Source: a virus (taxonomy: Duplodnaviria > Caudoviricetes). Taken from it: a stretch of 64,000 bases of DNA. The position numbers and the translations under genes are program-made. The notes below the pieces were generated by a model, which searched no databases, had not been told where the DNA came from, and was given only the letters and a program-made list of their open reading frames with translations. The stretch lies in the IMG/VR virus record IMGVR_UViG_2690315746_000005, positions 3,410-67,409 of that record. One strand, 5' to 3'. Positions 1-9,547 of the stretch are shown here, in pieces (within the stretch, counting starts at the first letter, position 1; the number at the start of each line of letters is the position of its first letter).

Positions 1-548
1 AGGTCGGTCCGGGCAAGCGTCACGCCGTACTTCGCGATGCCGACCTGCGAGCGGCTGAGGAGATCGGCGCGCACCGCCTCCACGACCGGGTCGAGGGGTG
101 GCGCGTTAATTTCCACCGCTACGATCGAGGCGGGAGGCGCCGACGTTTCCGGCGTTTCGCCCGTCCGGGCCGGGGCCCGCCCTGTACCGGCGCAGGTGGT
201 GCACACGTCCATCCTGGTCCGGGCGTGCCGATCGCCATGCGTCGCCCAGCCGGTTGCCGCGCAATCCTGGCACTCCAGAAGGATCGGCGCCGCGGTCGCG
301 GGCGCCTCCCCGTGCTGCGCCAGGAGGTCGGCCGGCGGCGCGTGCGGCGGCAGGTCCAGTACCTCGCAGGCCCGGCGGCAGGCGGCCCGCAGGGTCGGAT
401 GCATGCCGCACTCCTCACCCCTGGCCGTGATTCCCCACCACGCGGTCGAGCCGTCGGGATGGCACCAGCGCGAGACCTCCGCCCGCGGCGCGCCATCGGC
501 TACGAGCCTCAGGCCCAGGCCATCCTCGGAGATTTGCCACTCAACCAT
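1..548 (-). CDS. Phage protein, truncated at window edge (CxxC...CxxC motif, then a conserved phage helical domain)
   Basis: Read by hand: ATG at 548 overlaps the upstream stop; open to position 1: MVEWQISEDG...CQDC...CTTCAGTG...DPVVEAVRADLLSRSQVGIAKYGVTLARTD; not in ORF track. Confidence 0.7.
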   Translation of the reverse strand, partial: MVEWQISEDGLGLRLVADGAPRAEVSRWCHPDGSTAWWGITARGEECGMHPTLRAACRRACEVLDLPPHAPPADLLAQHGEAPATAAPILLECQDCAATGWATHGDRHARTRMDVCTTCAGTGRAPARTGETPETSAPPASIVAVEINAPPLDPVVEAVRADLLSRSQVGIAKYGVTLARTD

Positions 549-1473
549 GGGAGACCTCCGGGAAACCGTTGTGCTCGACGCCATCGAGGAGGCGGCCGGA
601 GTGCTTCTTGCCGACGCGGGCGACGCCATCGGCCGTCAGCCCTCGGATGTCGTAGTCCTCCAGGGCTTCGCTCGGGAGCGAGTCTGCATCGACCCACTCG
701 CCGTTCTGCTTGTGCAGGTACGGCACCCCCGCGGCTGCGCAGGCGTCGCGGATCTGCCGGAACCAGTCGGGGTGCGACGGCCGCGCCTTGTGCTTGCCCT
801 GGTCGGTCTCGCCGCCAGTGATGACCCAGTCCACGCACTCGTGGCGGTCCGGCGACGGTTCGTCGTAGCCGGGCTGTCCGCCGTCGTCGTAGGTGCCGCC
901 CGGGTGCCAGCGGATCGCGTCGGCCTGGAGCAGGCACACGCCCTCCAGCAGCGGCTCCATCGACAGGAAGATGAAGGCCGGGTCGAGGTAGGCACGCGCG
1001 TGCTTGAGATGGCGCACGACCCGGTTGGCGTTCTCCTGGTCCTCGGCTGTCCCGCCGATCGCAGCGTTCTCCGGCAGGCCGCCGGCCGCCTCGCACATGT
1101 CGACCGCGTTCTGCACCCGCTTCGACAGGAGCAGCCACATCAGGTTCGGCGTCGCCCGGATCAGGTCGAAGAAGTCCCGGCGCCAAGTCGGTTCGACCCG
1201 GTTGTCGAAGGGGTCGCAGAGCGAGGGGAACACGCGCTCGACCCGGCCTGCCGCCGCCGCGGCGCGGTTCCAGGCGAGCGGCTGGCGCCAGTAGGCAGCG
1301 CTGGTCCGGCTGCGCTCGCCGTGCGGGCCCCACTCCACCCGCCCCATGCGGGTGTCCATCAGGTGCTCGGCGTAGCATCCATCACACGCCGGCGAGACCT
1401 TCTGGCAGCCGATCCAGGGGCTCCAGGTGTGGTGCGTCCACTCGATGGTGCTGTTCTCGGCCATGGCGATCAC
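541..1473 (-). CDS. DUF5131 / phage Gp37Gp68 family protein (radical-SAM-like 3-Cys motif)
   Basis: MAENSTIEWTHHTWSPWIGCQKVSPACDGCYAE, FLSMEPLL, DWVITGGE, FRQIRDAC...YLHKQ; alternative start 1464. Confidence 0.9.
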   Translation of the reverse strand: MIAMAENSTIEWTHHTWSPWIGCQKVSPACDGCYAEHLMDTRMGRVEWGPHGERSRTSAAYWRQPLAWNRAAAAAGRVERVFPSLCDPFDNRVEPTWRRDFFDLIRATPNLMWLLLSKRVQNAVDMCEAAGGLPENAAIGGTAEDQENANRVVRHLKHARAYLDPAFIFLSMEPLLEGVCLLQADAIRWHPGGTYDDGGQPGYDEPSPDRHECVDWVITGGETDQGKHKARPSHPDWFRQIRDACAAAGVPYLHKQNGEWVDADSLPSEALEDYDIRGLTADGVARVGKKHSGRLLDGVEHNGFPEVSHG

Positions 1474-2564
1474 TCCCCCTTCCGCGGGCCCGCGGCCGAG
1501 CGCGGATCGATGACGAAGGTCAATTCGGGCGGATCGCCGAGCACGAGGAACCGCGCGTTAGCCCGGTAGTATCTCTTTTCTTTGATGGACCGGATGAAAT
1601 CACTCCGATCTACGCTGACCGGAACGTCGAACCAGTCGACGTTCCAGAACTCGATCGCGTGCCCGCCATCAAAGCAGTAGCCGCGGGTAAGATTGTCTGG
1701 CAGGCGATAGACGTAGACCCGGCGGCGCTCGGCAAATATCTGATCGGCGCCCCTCGGCCGGGCGGGCTTGTTCGGGATCGGCTCGTTAAGCGCCGCGCGG
1801 GAGTCGGCGGCGCGAACGTCGAGGTTGTCGGCCGGCTCGGGCTCGGCCGGCGCTTCATGCCGAACGTCACCGAGGCAGCGGGCATGACCGGAGATCTCGT
1901 CATCACCCGCCCGCGGCTCGCCTGGCAGCACAAACTCCCCGCAGGCGTCACAGCGCTCGTGCCATTCGCTGCCCTTGGCGTCGCTGTAGGAGGCCAGGGC
2001 CCCCCGCAAATCGATTGCGAGCAGCGCGGCTTCGTCCTCGCGGCCTTCGGCCCGCAGGCCCCGGTACCGCGCGGTCAGCGACCAGAGACGCGCTTCGAGA
2101 TCCCGCCGCCAATAGGCGACCTCCTCGCGAAGCCGCTCGAGTTCGCTCGGCGCCGTAGCGGCCGGCGCGTACCGCTCGCGCTTCGTCCACGGCTGGAAGG
2201 CCGCGAGCTCGTCGAGGCCTGGCCACCTGCCGTCGAAGGTCAGCGCCAGGTCGTCGATCGTCACGAAGGCCGAGGGCTTAGCCGTCGGCCATTCGATCAG
2301 GCCCAAGACGTGCTCGGCCTCGCGCCGGTCGTCGATCGCCGCCAGGACGAACATCGTCAGCCAGCCGCGCATCGCATCGATGCCGCCGGGCTCGCCCGAA
2401 CGCGACGAGTAGATGGCGACGCGGAACCGCTCGACGGCCGCGTGCAGGAACTCGATCGCGCCGGGCACCGGCGGATCGGGGATGATCGCGGCGCCTTGCC
2501 AGCCGCTTTGGTAGCCGTGGATCACGCCGTCGAAGTCGAGGCATAGGATGGGTTTGCGGGGCAT
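1470..2564 (-). CDS. HAD-superfamily domain protein with C-terminal extensions
   Basis: N-terminal LCLDFDGVIH (DxD), IYSSRS, TIDD motifs. Confidence 0.7.
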   Translation of the reverse strand: MPRKPILCLDFDGVIHGYQSGWQGAAIIPDPPVPGAIEFLHAAVERFRVAIYSSRSGEPGGIDAMRGWLTMFVLAAIDDRREAEHVLGLIEWPTAKPSAFVTIDDLALTFDGRWPGLDELAAFQPWTKRERYAPAATAPSELERLREEVAYWRRDLEARLWSLTARYRGLRAEGREDEAALLAIDLRGALASYSDAKGSEWHERCDACGEFVLPGEPRAGDDEISGHARCLGDVRHEAPAEPEPADNLDVRAADSRAALNEPIPNKPARPRGADQIFAERRRVYVYRLPDNLTRGYCFDGGHAIEFWNVDWFDVPVSVDRSDFIRSIKEKRYYRANARFLVLGDPPELTFVIDPRSAAGPRKGE

Positions 2565-2654
2565 CAGATCACTCCGCGTTGAAGGGGGCAGGGGACGTGC
2601 GGCGCGTCGCCGGAGGCGGGCCGGATAGAGCCAGGCGTTGGCCCGGCGGAATCG

Positions 2655-4634
2655 TCAGTCGGGGCGTGCCAGCGGTAGGTCCATGGACGCGGCGATCGCC
2701 ACGTCTCGAACCCAGATCCGCTCGCTCGAGAGGAGGAAGGTCTCGCCGGCCCAGGCCAGCAGCAGCGTCCGGGCGATGACGCCCATGATCGCCTCGGCCG
2801 ACGCAGCGGGCACCATGTTGCCGATGCGCTCGCGCCAGGCACTGTCCGAGGACCCGGCCATCACGAGCGGCTGTGGGTCCTCGGGGTCGACGTAGCTCTG
2901 AAGCGCGGCGAGCTCGTAAGTGGTGAAGGGCCGGTGCCAGGTGCCATCGAGCGCGCGGATCATCGCGACGAGGCGCTCGTCCGCAGCCGGCAGCGTGTCC
3001 GTTTTCGGCTCCTCATCCGAGGACGAAAAACGGGACACGCCCCGCGGGTCCGCGACCGACCACCGGCCGTTGTCGTGCTGCCCCGAGCCGGTCACCGCGC
3101 CGCTCGGATCGTCCCAGGCCGTGACGCCGTAGTGCCCGCCGGTCTGGTAGACCTCACGGCCGCCGCGGGCGAAGTCGGGGCGCGGGTCAGCGACGCAGAG
3201 AGCGCCCGAACCGACGCGATCGGCGCCGGTGACGGTGCCGGCCGGCGCGTCGTAGCGGTGCACCTTGAGCTTGTTCCGGTGCGCGCTGTCGGCCCAGCCG
3301 GTGCGGGGGTCCGCCAGCGCGAACGCCCCCTGACCGGTGGTCGAGGCGCCGATCACGGTCCCGGCCGCCTCGCCGTAGCCGGTCACCCGGTACTTGCCGG
3401 CGCCGCCGAACCCGGCCGCCGCCCGCGGATCGGCCACGGCGAGCCCGCCGCCGGGCCCGCCCGGGCCGGCAACCGCCGCCGAAGGGCCGCCCCACGGCAC
3501 GATCCGGTAGACGTTGTTGAACCGCGGCTTGCCCTGCAGGCGCGGATCGGCGACCGAGAACGTGCCCTGCCCGGGCGACCTCTGGCCGGTGACGACCCCC
3601 GAGGGCTCGTCCCAGGCCCGGACGCCCATCTGCGCGAAGGTGTGCTCGTAGCCGGGTCGCGGGTCGGCGACCGCGAAGGTGCCGTTGGTCGGCGCGCTGC
3701 GCCCCGTGACCGTGCCGGACGTGTCCTGCCACCGCTGCACGCCCAGCACGCCAGCATGCCATCCCGCCTCGGGCGCGATCCCGTAATCCGCCAGCTCGCC
3801 GCCCTCGACGCGCAGCCGGTTCAGCGAGCGCCAGTCCGAACCCGCCTCGACGAAGGCCAGCCGCACCCAGGTCTTCCACTGGAGCGACGGCACCCGGTGC
3901 ATCGGCCCGGCCGACAGGTCGCCCGGCAGCGGCAGCTTGCCCAGGATCTCGCCGACGCCGCGCAGGCGCCGCTTCGGCGGCTCGTAGAGGAACGGCGGCA
4001 CCTTCACTGCGTGACGCGCCACCAGGAGGAACCGCTTCCGGCTCTGCCCGAGCCCGCCGAGTTCGCCGCAGTCGTGGGTGGTCTCGGCGAACACGTAGCC
4101 GTAGGCCGCCAGCAGGGCCTCGATCTGGTCGAGCAGCCACCGGCCGCGCGTTGCGATCCGGGGCACGTTCTCGAACAGCAGGAATTCCGGCGGGTCGTCC
4201 TTCCACGCCTCGAGGGTGAGCCACACCGCCCGGAGCGTCAGCCCGTTGAGCGCCTGGTAGCGGGCGGTGCCGCTGATCTTGTCCGAGAGCAGGCCCGAGA
4301 ACCCCTTGCAGGGCGTCGACATGAAGACGACGTGCGGGCGCTCGCCGCCGGCCGCCCGGCGGAAGTCGTCGGGCACGGCCTCGCGCCAGCCGGCCGGCGG
4401 CAGGCGACCGTGGAACGCCTCGTACTGCTCGCGGGTGAAGAGGTCGATCACGGTCCCGCGTGCGCCCGCGACCCGGTCGAAGTCCTCGATCCCGGCCGGG
4501 TCGACATCGACGCCGCCAATGCAGCGCGGCACCGCAGTGGCGATCCCGACCCGGGCCTGCCCGCGGTTAAAGCCCATGGCGCCGCCGCCGGAGCCGCTGC
4601 AGACGTGGAAGTGACGGATTTCCTGGCGGATCAC
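2655..4634 (-). CDS. DNA cytosine-5 methyltransferase with six internal ADPR repeats
   Basis: SGSGGG SAM motif, STPCKGFS catalytic PC, FENV, QSRKR, C-terminal RIGNMV. Confidence 0.9.
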   Translation of the reverse strand: MIRQEIRHFHVCSGSGGGAMGFNRGQARVGIATAVPRCIGGVDVDPAGIEDFDRVAGARGTVIDLFTREQYEAFHGRLPPAGWREAVPDDFRRAAGGERPHVVFMSTPCKGFSGLLSDKISGTARYQALNGLTLRAVWLTLEAWKDDPPEFLLFENVPRIATRGRWLLDQIEALLAAYGYVFAETTHDCGELGGLGQSRKRFLLVARHAVKVPPFLYEPPKRRLRGVGEILGKLPLPGDLSAGPMHRVPSLQWKTWVRLAFVEAGSDWRSLNRLRVEGGELADYGIAPEAGWHAGVLGVQRWQDTSGTVTGRSAPTNGTFAVADPRPGYEHTFAQMGVRAWDEPSGVVTGQRSPGQGTFSVADPRLQGKPRFNNVYRIVPWGGPSAAVAGPGGPGGGLAVADPRAAAGFGGAGKYRVTGYGEAAGTVIGASTTGQGAFALADPRTGWADSAHRNKLKVHRYDAPAGTVTGADRVGSGALCVADPRPDFARGGREVYQTGGHYGVTAWDDPSGAVTGSGQHDNGRWSVADPRGVSRFSSSDEEPKTDTLPAADERLVAMIRALDGTWHRPFTTYELAALQSYVDPEDPQPLVMAGSSDSAWRERIGNMVPAASAEAIMGVIARTLLLAWAGETFLLSSERIWVRDVAIAASMDLPLARPD

Positions 4635-4677
4635 TCGCTTGTCCTCGGTGTGTGGTGGGCGGCGGTGCGGGGAGGGA

Positions 4678-5997
4678 TCACGTCAGCAGCGGCTGCACCG
4701 AGCCGTCCGGGTAGACGGCATCCAGCGGCACATCGCCGGTCGGCTCGTCGCCGGCCCACTTGTCGGGCCAGGTCCCGGCGGCGATCAGCGCGCGGATGCG
4801 CGCCTCCTCCTCGGTGTTCAGGATGTCGACGGGCGGCCAGCCACCGGCGGTCGCCGCGGCGTTCACCTCGGCCTGGATGCCAAGGATCTCCTCGAGCACG
4901 TCGAGGCGCACTGGCAGCGTGATTGGGCCGAGTCGCTGCGGGTTCTTGGCCGTCTTCCCGTTCTTCAGGATCTCGGCGCCGGGCTTGCGCAGCCGGTTCG
5001 CCGGCAGGCGCAGGCGGCGGTAGATCTCGCGCAGCCGCTTCAGCGGAGCGAGGTAGGACCAGGACGGGTGCCGGATGATCTTGTCGAGCGCCTTGTCCTT
5101 ACTCGCGAGCGGGCAGCACAGGCAGCCGGTCCGCGCCGCCAGTTCCTCAGCCTCGTCGCCGCCATAGGCGTCGGCCACCATCGCGGTCGACCAGCCACCG
5201 TACTGATCGGCCGGCGCGTAGATCCGCAGCCAGTCCCACACGTGGCAGACCCGCCAGTGCAGGAGCGGCGCCAGGGTGAAGATGCGCCCACGGACGCCCT
5301 TCGCCTCCGGTACCGCCAGCTGGTACCAGCCCTGCCCGCACTCGGCGCCGTCGCGCCCGCACGACATCTCGATCCGCCGGTCACGCATCGCGCTCTCGCC
5401 CTGGCGAACCCCGGTGATCATCAGCACCGTGTCGCGAGTCTCGGGCGCCGGCTCCTCCGGGCCGTCGGCGAGCACCGGCCCGCCGTTGTGGCCGATCAGC
5501 TGCTCGGCCATCGCCTCGGCGAGGTCCGGGTCCTCCCGGCCGTCGAGGTCGGCGGCGATCGCGGCCGCCATCGGGTCGACCTTGATCTGCCGGGTGCACC
5601 AGCGGAGCGTGTTGTTGTTCGGAGGCGGCACGCCACGTCCGAGAATGTAGACGAGGAACCGCTTGTCGAGCGGCGCGGTCACCACCCGGACCCGGATCCA
5701 GGGGAAGCGCGCGAGCTGACGCATCGTCTCGGCCGCGGCGATCGCGAGCGGCACGAGTTCCATGCGCGTGTCGGCATAGTAGACCGTCAGCGTCTCGGGC
5801 CGGGGCAGCTGGCCGCTCTCGATCAGGTGGATGAGGAGCGTCAGGGTGGCGGTCGAGTCCTTCCCGCCGGACCAGGCGACAGTCCAGTGCCGGTGCAGCG
5901 GGCCGTAGGCGCGGAGCGAAGCGAGGGTGAGGTCCAGGGCCTCGCTGTAGACGAGCCGGTCGGCGCCAGCGGCGAAGAGGTCGAGGGCTGCTGCCAT
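4678..5997 (-). CDS. PAPS-reductase-fold (DndC-like) protein
   Basis: AWSGGKDS PP-loop, RWCTRQIK, TGVRQGES..R, RTGCLCCP; ATG at 5997 coupled to upstream stop. Confidence 0.85.
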   Translation of the reverse strand: MAAALDLFAAGADRLVYSEALDLTLASLRAYGPLHRHWTVAWSGGKDSTATLTLLIHLIESGQLPRPETLTVYYADTRMELVPLAIAAAETMRQLARFPWIRVRVVTAPLDKRFLVYILGRGVPPPNNNTLRWCTRQIKVDPMAAAIAADLDGREDPDLAEAMAEQLIGHNGGPVLADGPEEPAPETRDTVLMITGVRQGESAMRDRRIEMSCGRDGAECGQGWYQLAVPEAKGVRGRIFTLAPLLHWRVCHVWDWLRIYAPADQYGGWSTAMVADAYGGDEAEELAARTGCLCCPLASKDKALDKIIRHPSWSYLAPLKRLREIYRRLRLPANRLRKPGAEILKNGKTAKNPQRLGPITLPVRLDVLEEILGIQAEVNAAATAGGWPPVDILNTEEEARIRALIAAGTWPDKWAGDEPTGDVPLDAVYPDGSVQPLLT

Positions 5998-6719
5998 CAC
6001 GCCCGCCCTCCCGTCGTAAGCCGCGGCGGCGCATCGATGTTCGCGTATGCGACGCCGAAGCTGATGGCCGCGACCCACGGGTTGGCCGCCCAGGACTCCG
6101 GCCCGTGAATGGTCTTCCAGAGGTCGGCGAAGGCGTGCCGGGCGGAGTCGACGAAGCGCGTGCCGCCGAAGCCGGCCGGCGGTGCCCAGAACGGCGATCC
6201 ATCCGGTCGCGTCCCGTTCGAGACGCCCTCGGCGATCGCATCCGCCTCGCTGATGCCCTGGAGCCGTTCGACGCGGACCTCGGTCACCGTGAGGGTCAGG
6301 CGTGAGGCCCACCGCGGCATGTGGATGGACGGCACCTTGCGCCCGCGACAGGGCTGCTTGGCCGTGCTGCCGTAGTGGTTCAGGGCGACCCAGCGATCCG
6401 CGGCCTCGCGGCTGTTCTCGATCGGCAGCCATGCCTCGTCGGCGAGGTAGCGGATACCGTCCTGGCCGGTGGCGAGCTCGTCGGCCCGGACGTTCTCGCG
6501 GACCCAGAGTCGATCGTTGGCCGCGTAGTGCAAGCGAAGCCGCTCCACAGGCACCTCAAGCCGCCGTGCGATGCCGCCGAGCGCCTGGCCCGCATCAACG
6601 GTCGCGTCGGCGATCGTCGTGCCGGCCCGCGGCTTCAGGATCCGGCGCGTCTGCGTCTTGGTGCCGGCGATCAGGGCGCAGACCATCGATGCGCTGAAGA
6701 TAATTTGGCGATCAGCCAC
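5997..6719 (-). CDS. Conserved phage protein, ASCH/PUA-like
   Basis: IIFSASMVCALIAGTKTQTRR, LWVRE, PSIHMPRWASRLTL..VRVERLQ.ISE.DAIAEG, W.ANPWV. Confidence 0.8.
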   Translation of the reverse strand: MADRQIIFSASMVCALIAGTKTQTRRILKPRAGTTIADATVDAGQALGGIARRLEVPVERLRLHYAANDRLWVRENVRADELATGQDGIRYLADEAWLPIENSREAADRWVALNHYGSTAKQPCRGRKVPSIHMPRWASRLTLTVTEVRVERLQGISEADAIAEGVSNGTRPDGSPFWAPPAGFGGTRFVDSARHAFADLWKTIHGPESWAANPWVAAISFGVAYANIDAPPRLTTGGRA

Positions 6720-7149
6720 GGCATTCGTCTCCAACCTGATCGATATCGGGGAAGTCCGCAGCTTTCATCTCAGCGACCAGCGCGTCGTAATCGACTGGCG
6801 TGGCTCCGCTGATCTTCAGGGCCTGGGCCCATTCCGCATCGCTCATGGTCTCAGGCCGGCCGCACCACCTGACCGAGTCCATCAGCCTGCCGAGCAGCGT
6901 GCTCTCGCTCCACTCGGGCTCCTCGCCGCCGCTCATGCCGCCCGTCATGGGCGTGCCCTTGAGGGGGTGGGAGTTGCAGCCGCAGTAGGGCCGAAGGTCA
7001 CCGGCGCCGTGCGTGCAGCGGATGACGAACTCGTGGTGGTTCACGCCTCGCTCGGCGAGGAACACGTCGGCCGGGTCGAGTCCGTAGTGCTTCAGCAGGA
7101 TCGGTTGGGCCTGCTTGGACTTCTTCTTGAGGGTGCGGAGGGTGAGCAT
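6712..7149 (-). CDS. Hypothetical phage protein
   Basis: Translationally coupled ORF in the early operon. Confidence 0.6.
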   Translation of the reverse strand: MLTLRTLKKKSKQAQPILLKHYGLDPADVFLAERGVNHHEFVIRCTHGAGDLRPYCGCNSHPLKGTPMTGGMSGGEEPEWSESTLLGRLMDSVRWCGRPETMSDAEWAQALKISGATPVDYDALVAEMKAADFPDIDQVGDECRG

Positions 7150-7505
7150 CAGTTCAGCCTCCCCGACAGCACCGAGGAGGCGGACTCCAGGTGGTCCACG
7201 GCGACGTCGAACACGCCGTCCACGAAGCTGTTCAGGTCGTCGATCGCGTCCAGCGGCCGGTGGTTGACGTGCAGGCAGAACATCGCGAAGGCGCCGCCGA
7301 CGGCAGCCTCGACCGTCTCCGCGACTTCCTCCGGGTCCATCCCGGCATCCCGCAGCCCGGCGACCATCCGGAGCAAGGCCGCGATCACATCCAGGTTGCC
7401 GCGCATGGCGATCCGCGCCGCCGCCGGATCATCGGCGCCGGGCGCGCCGGCGCGCTCATATGCGGCGATCAGCGCCTCGATCTCGGGGGTGAGGGGCGCG
7501 CTCAT
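7149..7505 (-). CDS. Hypothetical phage protein
   Basis: Coupled ORF, helical composition. Confidence 0.6.
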   Translation of the reverse strand: MSAPLTPEIEALIAAYERAGAPGADDPAAARIAMRGNLDVIAALLRMVAGLRDAGMDPEEVAETVEAAVGGAFAMFCLHVNHRPLDAIDDLNSFVDGVFDVAVDHLESASSVLSGRLN

Positions 7506-8026
7506 CGAACCGCCTCAGCGGCCGGCGCCGCAGGCGCGCGAGGGGCCGCGGGCCCGTCCTCGTCCGGGACCCGCCGCACCGTCGGGATAGCCGGGCGGTC
7601 GCCCGCGCCCCCGATCCGGCTCCACTCGATCAGGCCCTTGTTTTTCAGGGCGATCAGGATGCTGATGATCTGCAGACCGGGTGGGCCGGCCTTCTCGATC
7701 GCCGCCATGACGTGCTTGCGCTCGGTGAAGTCGCCCGGGATGTGAGCGAGGGCAGCGGTCTCCTCGTCGGTCAGCACCACCGGGACGTTCAGCGCCGCCA
7801 CCGCGGCGTCGAGGTCCGCGACCTGAACGCCGTCGACCAGCCAGAGGCGCTCGGCCGTCTTGCCCGCCTTCTTCGCCGCCTCGCCCTTGTAGTGGCGATC
7901 GATGGCCTGGAGGCGCCGGATCGTGGTGTGGCACAGCATGTAGCCGGAGCCGTCCCGGCCGTAGTTCAGGTGGCCGCCGGTCTCGCGCAGCTTGCCGGCC
8001 ATCACGGTGTCACGGGTTATCGTCAC
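7502..8026 (-). CDS. Hypothetical phage protein
   Basis: GTG start with GAGGAGG RBS; coupled to next gene. Confidence 0.6.
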   Translation of the reverse strand: MTITRDTVMAGKLRETGGHLNYGRDGSGYMLCHTTIRRLQAIDRHYKGEAAKKAGKTAERLWLVDGVQVADLDAAVAALNVPVVLTDEETAALAHIPGDFTERKHVMAAIEKAGPPGLQIISILIALKNKGLIEWSRIGGAGDRPAIPTVRRVPDEDGPAAPRAPAAPAAEAVR

Positions 8027-8267
8027 GGGAATCCTCCTCGGGGGCGGCGGCAGGAGCGGGGGCTGTGCTTGCGGCGCGCGGCTTGCGGGCGGGCCCGCGC
8101 CGGGCGGCGCGCTTCGCGGCATCGGCCTCGAAGCGGTCGGCCTTGGCCTCCGCGGTGGCGATCGCGGCGGCCTCGAACGTGATGGATGATCCGCCATCCT
8201 TGAGCCGGACCATGAACCGCTCGGCCGGCGGGCAGTCCGGATCGATGCAGATGTACGAGCGCCTCAT
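8010..8267 (-). CDS. Hypothetical phage protein
   Basis: MRRSYICIDPDCPPAERFMVRLK...; ATGA overlap with upstream stop. Confidence 0.55.
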   Translation of the reverse strand: MRRSYICIDPDCPPAERFMVRLKDGGSSITFEAAAIATAEAKADRFEADAAKRAARRGPARKPRAASTAPAPAAAPEEDSRDDNP

Positions 8268-8452
8268 CGGCGCCTCGGCAGCATGTCGGCTGGGGCCATC
8301 GTGAAGTCGCGCCGGACGAAGCGGGTGAACTCGTCGAGCCCACCGTTCACCCAGCACTGCGTCAGGACCTGCATCTCCTCGGCGGCGTCTAGGGCGGCGC
8401 TGTAGGAGCCGACGAAGACGGGCCGGCCGCCGTGCAGGATGGCCCACGTCAT
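8264..8452 (-). CDS. Small hypothetical phage protein
   Basis: 62 aa, overlaps on both sides. Confidence 0.55.
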   Translation of the reverse strand: MTWAILHGGRPVFVGSYSAALDAAEEMQVLTQCWVNGGLDEFTRFVRRDFTMAPADMLPRRR

Positions 8453-8694
8453 TGCAGCACCGTGTCCGGGGTACCGCCGGCCGGCGCACCCTCGGTCTGC
8501 TTGATGCGGCGGTACGCGACCACGCGGCCGACGAAGGCGTGCAGGTCGCTGGTCGGGTAGAACGCCAGGTTCGGGCCAGCCACGCGGGCCAGCGCATCCA
8601 TCATCTCGGCGTGCTGCTCGTCACCGATCGGCCCGCCGGCGAAGTGTTCCTCAAGCAGCGCCGTGATCTTGCAGGGCAGGCAGGTGCAGCTCAT
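8449..8694 (-). CDS. Small hypothetical phage protein
   Basis: MSCTCLPCKITALLEEHF...; ATGA overlap. Confidence 0.55.
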   Translation of the reverse strand: MSCTCLPCKITALLEEHFAGGPIGDEQHAEMMDALARVAGPNLAFYPTSDLHAFVGRVVAYRRIKQTEGAPAGGTPDTVLQ

Positions 8695-9164
8695 CCGCGC
8701 GTCCTCCCGGTGTCGCGCGACGGCGCCGGCTTCCGGCCCCACCCCGGATAGATCGTCCCCGTACCGGCGTGATCCTGGCCGACGGCGCGCTGGTGGTGAT
8801 CCGCGCAGTAGGGCGAGCGCCCGTCGGTCCGCCCGCCGCAGTAGCGGTGCTCCGGGCCGTGGCATTCGATCGGCCACCGGCACTGCCGGTCGAACCGGCC
8901 GCGCAGATCCGCGAACCCAACCCCGCCGGGGGGAGGCTCGATCGGCGGAAGCGCAGGCGGCGGCGGCGCGGCCGGCACCGGGTCGGCGGCGACGGGCGGA
9001 TCCGTCACCACGAGGCCGATGTCGGCGGCAACCCGGCTGATGTCCGCCGCGCTGCGCCGGCGCTTGAACTGCACCGTCAGCGCGGTTGCGATGGCGCCGG
9101 GCGCGATGCCCTTACGCCACATGGCCCGCACTTCGCGGACCTCGGAGTCGCTGAAGGCCGGCAT
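8691..9164 (-). CDS. gcrA: GcrA-family cell-cycle regulator homolog
   Basis: N-terminal HTH (FSDSEVREVRAMWRKG..PGAIA), Pro-rich linker, C-terminal L...QCRWPI...YCG...SPYCADH. Confidence 0.8.
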   Translation of the reverse strand: MPAFSDSEVREVRAMWRKGIAPGAIATALTVQFKRRRSAADISRVAADIGLVVTDPPVAADPVPAAPPPPALPPIEPPPGGVGFADLRGRFDRQCRWPIECHGPEHRYCGGRTDGRSPYCADHHQRAVGQDHAGTGTIYPGWGRKPAPSRDTGRTRG

Positions 9165-9547
9165 CAGGCGGCGGCCTCGGCGACGGGAGCGGCGGTACCG
9201 CGCCGGGCGAGCACGACCAGGGCGCGGCGCATCTCGGCGTCCAAGCTCGCATAGGCCTGAAGGAGGTCGCTGGCGCCGGGCGTCATCAGGAGGTGGATGA
9301 CGCTGCCCTCGGCGGCCTCCTCGTCACTCCCCTGGAACAGGTCGGACACGCGCACGCCCAGCAGGCCGGCCACGGTCTCGAGCTTGCCGCTCGACAACCG
9401 GTTCTGGCCCTTCTCGTATTTCTGGACCTGCTGGAAGGTGACGCCCAGGCCGTTGCCGAGCACGGTCTGGCTCATACCCTTGGCTTTGCGCAGGGCCGCG
9501 ATCCGGGTGCCCAGCAGGCGATCGGAGTCGTTCACGGTCTTCGGCAT
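9164..9547 (-). CDS. XRE-family HTH transcriptional regulator
   Basis: LGTRIAALRKAKGMSQTVLGNGLGVTFQQVQKYEKGQNRLS. Confidence 0.9.
   Translation of the reverse strand: MPKTVNDSDRLLGTRIAALRKAKGMSQTVLGNGLGVTFQQVQKYEKGQNRLSSGKLETVAGLLGVRVSDLFQGSDEEAAEGSVIHLLMTPGASDLLQAYASLDAEMRRALVVLARRGTAAPVAEAAA

Noticed and set aside
4678-5997. Complete Dnd phosphorothioation system
   Set aside because: Only a DndC-like fold is present; no DndA/B/D/E in the window
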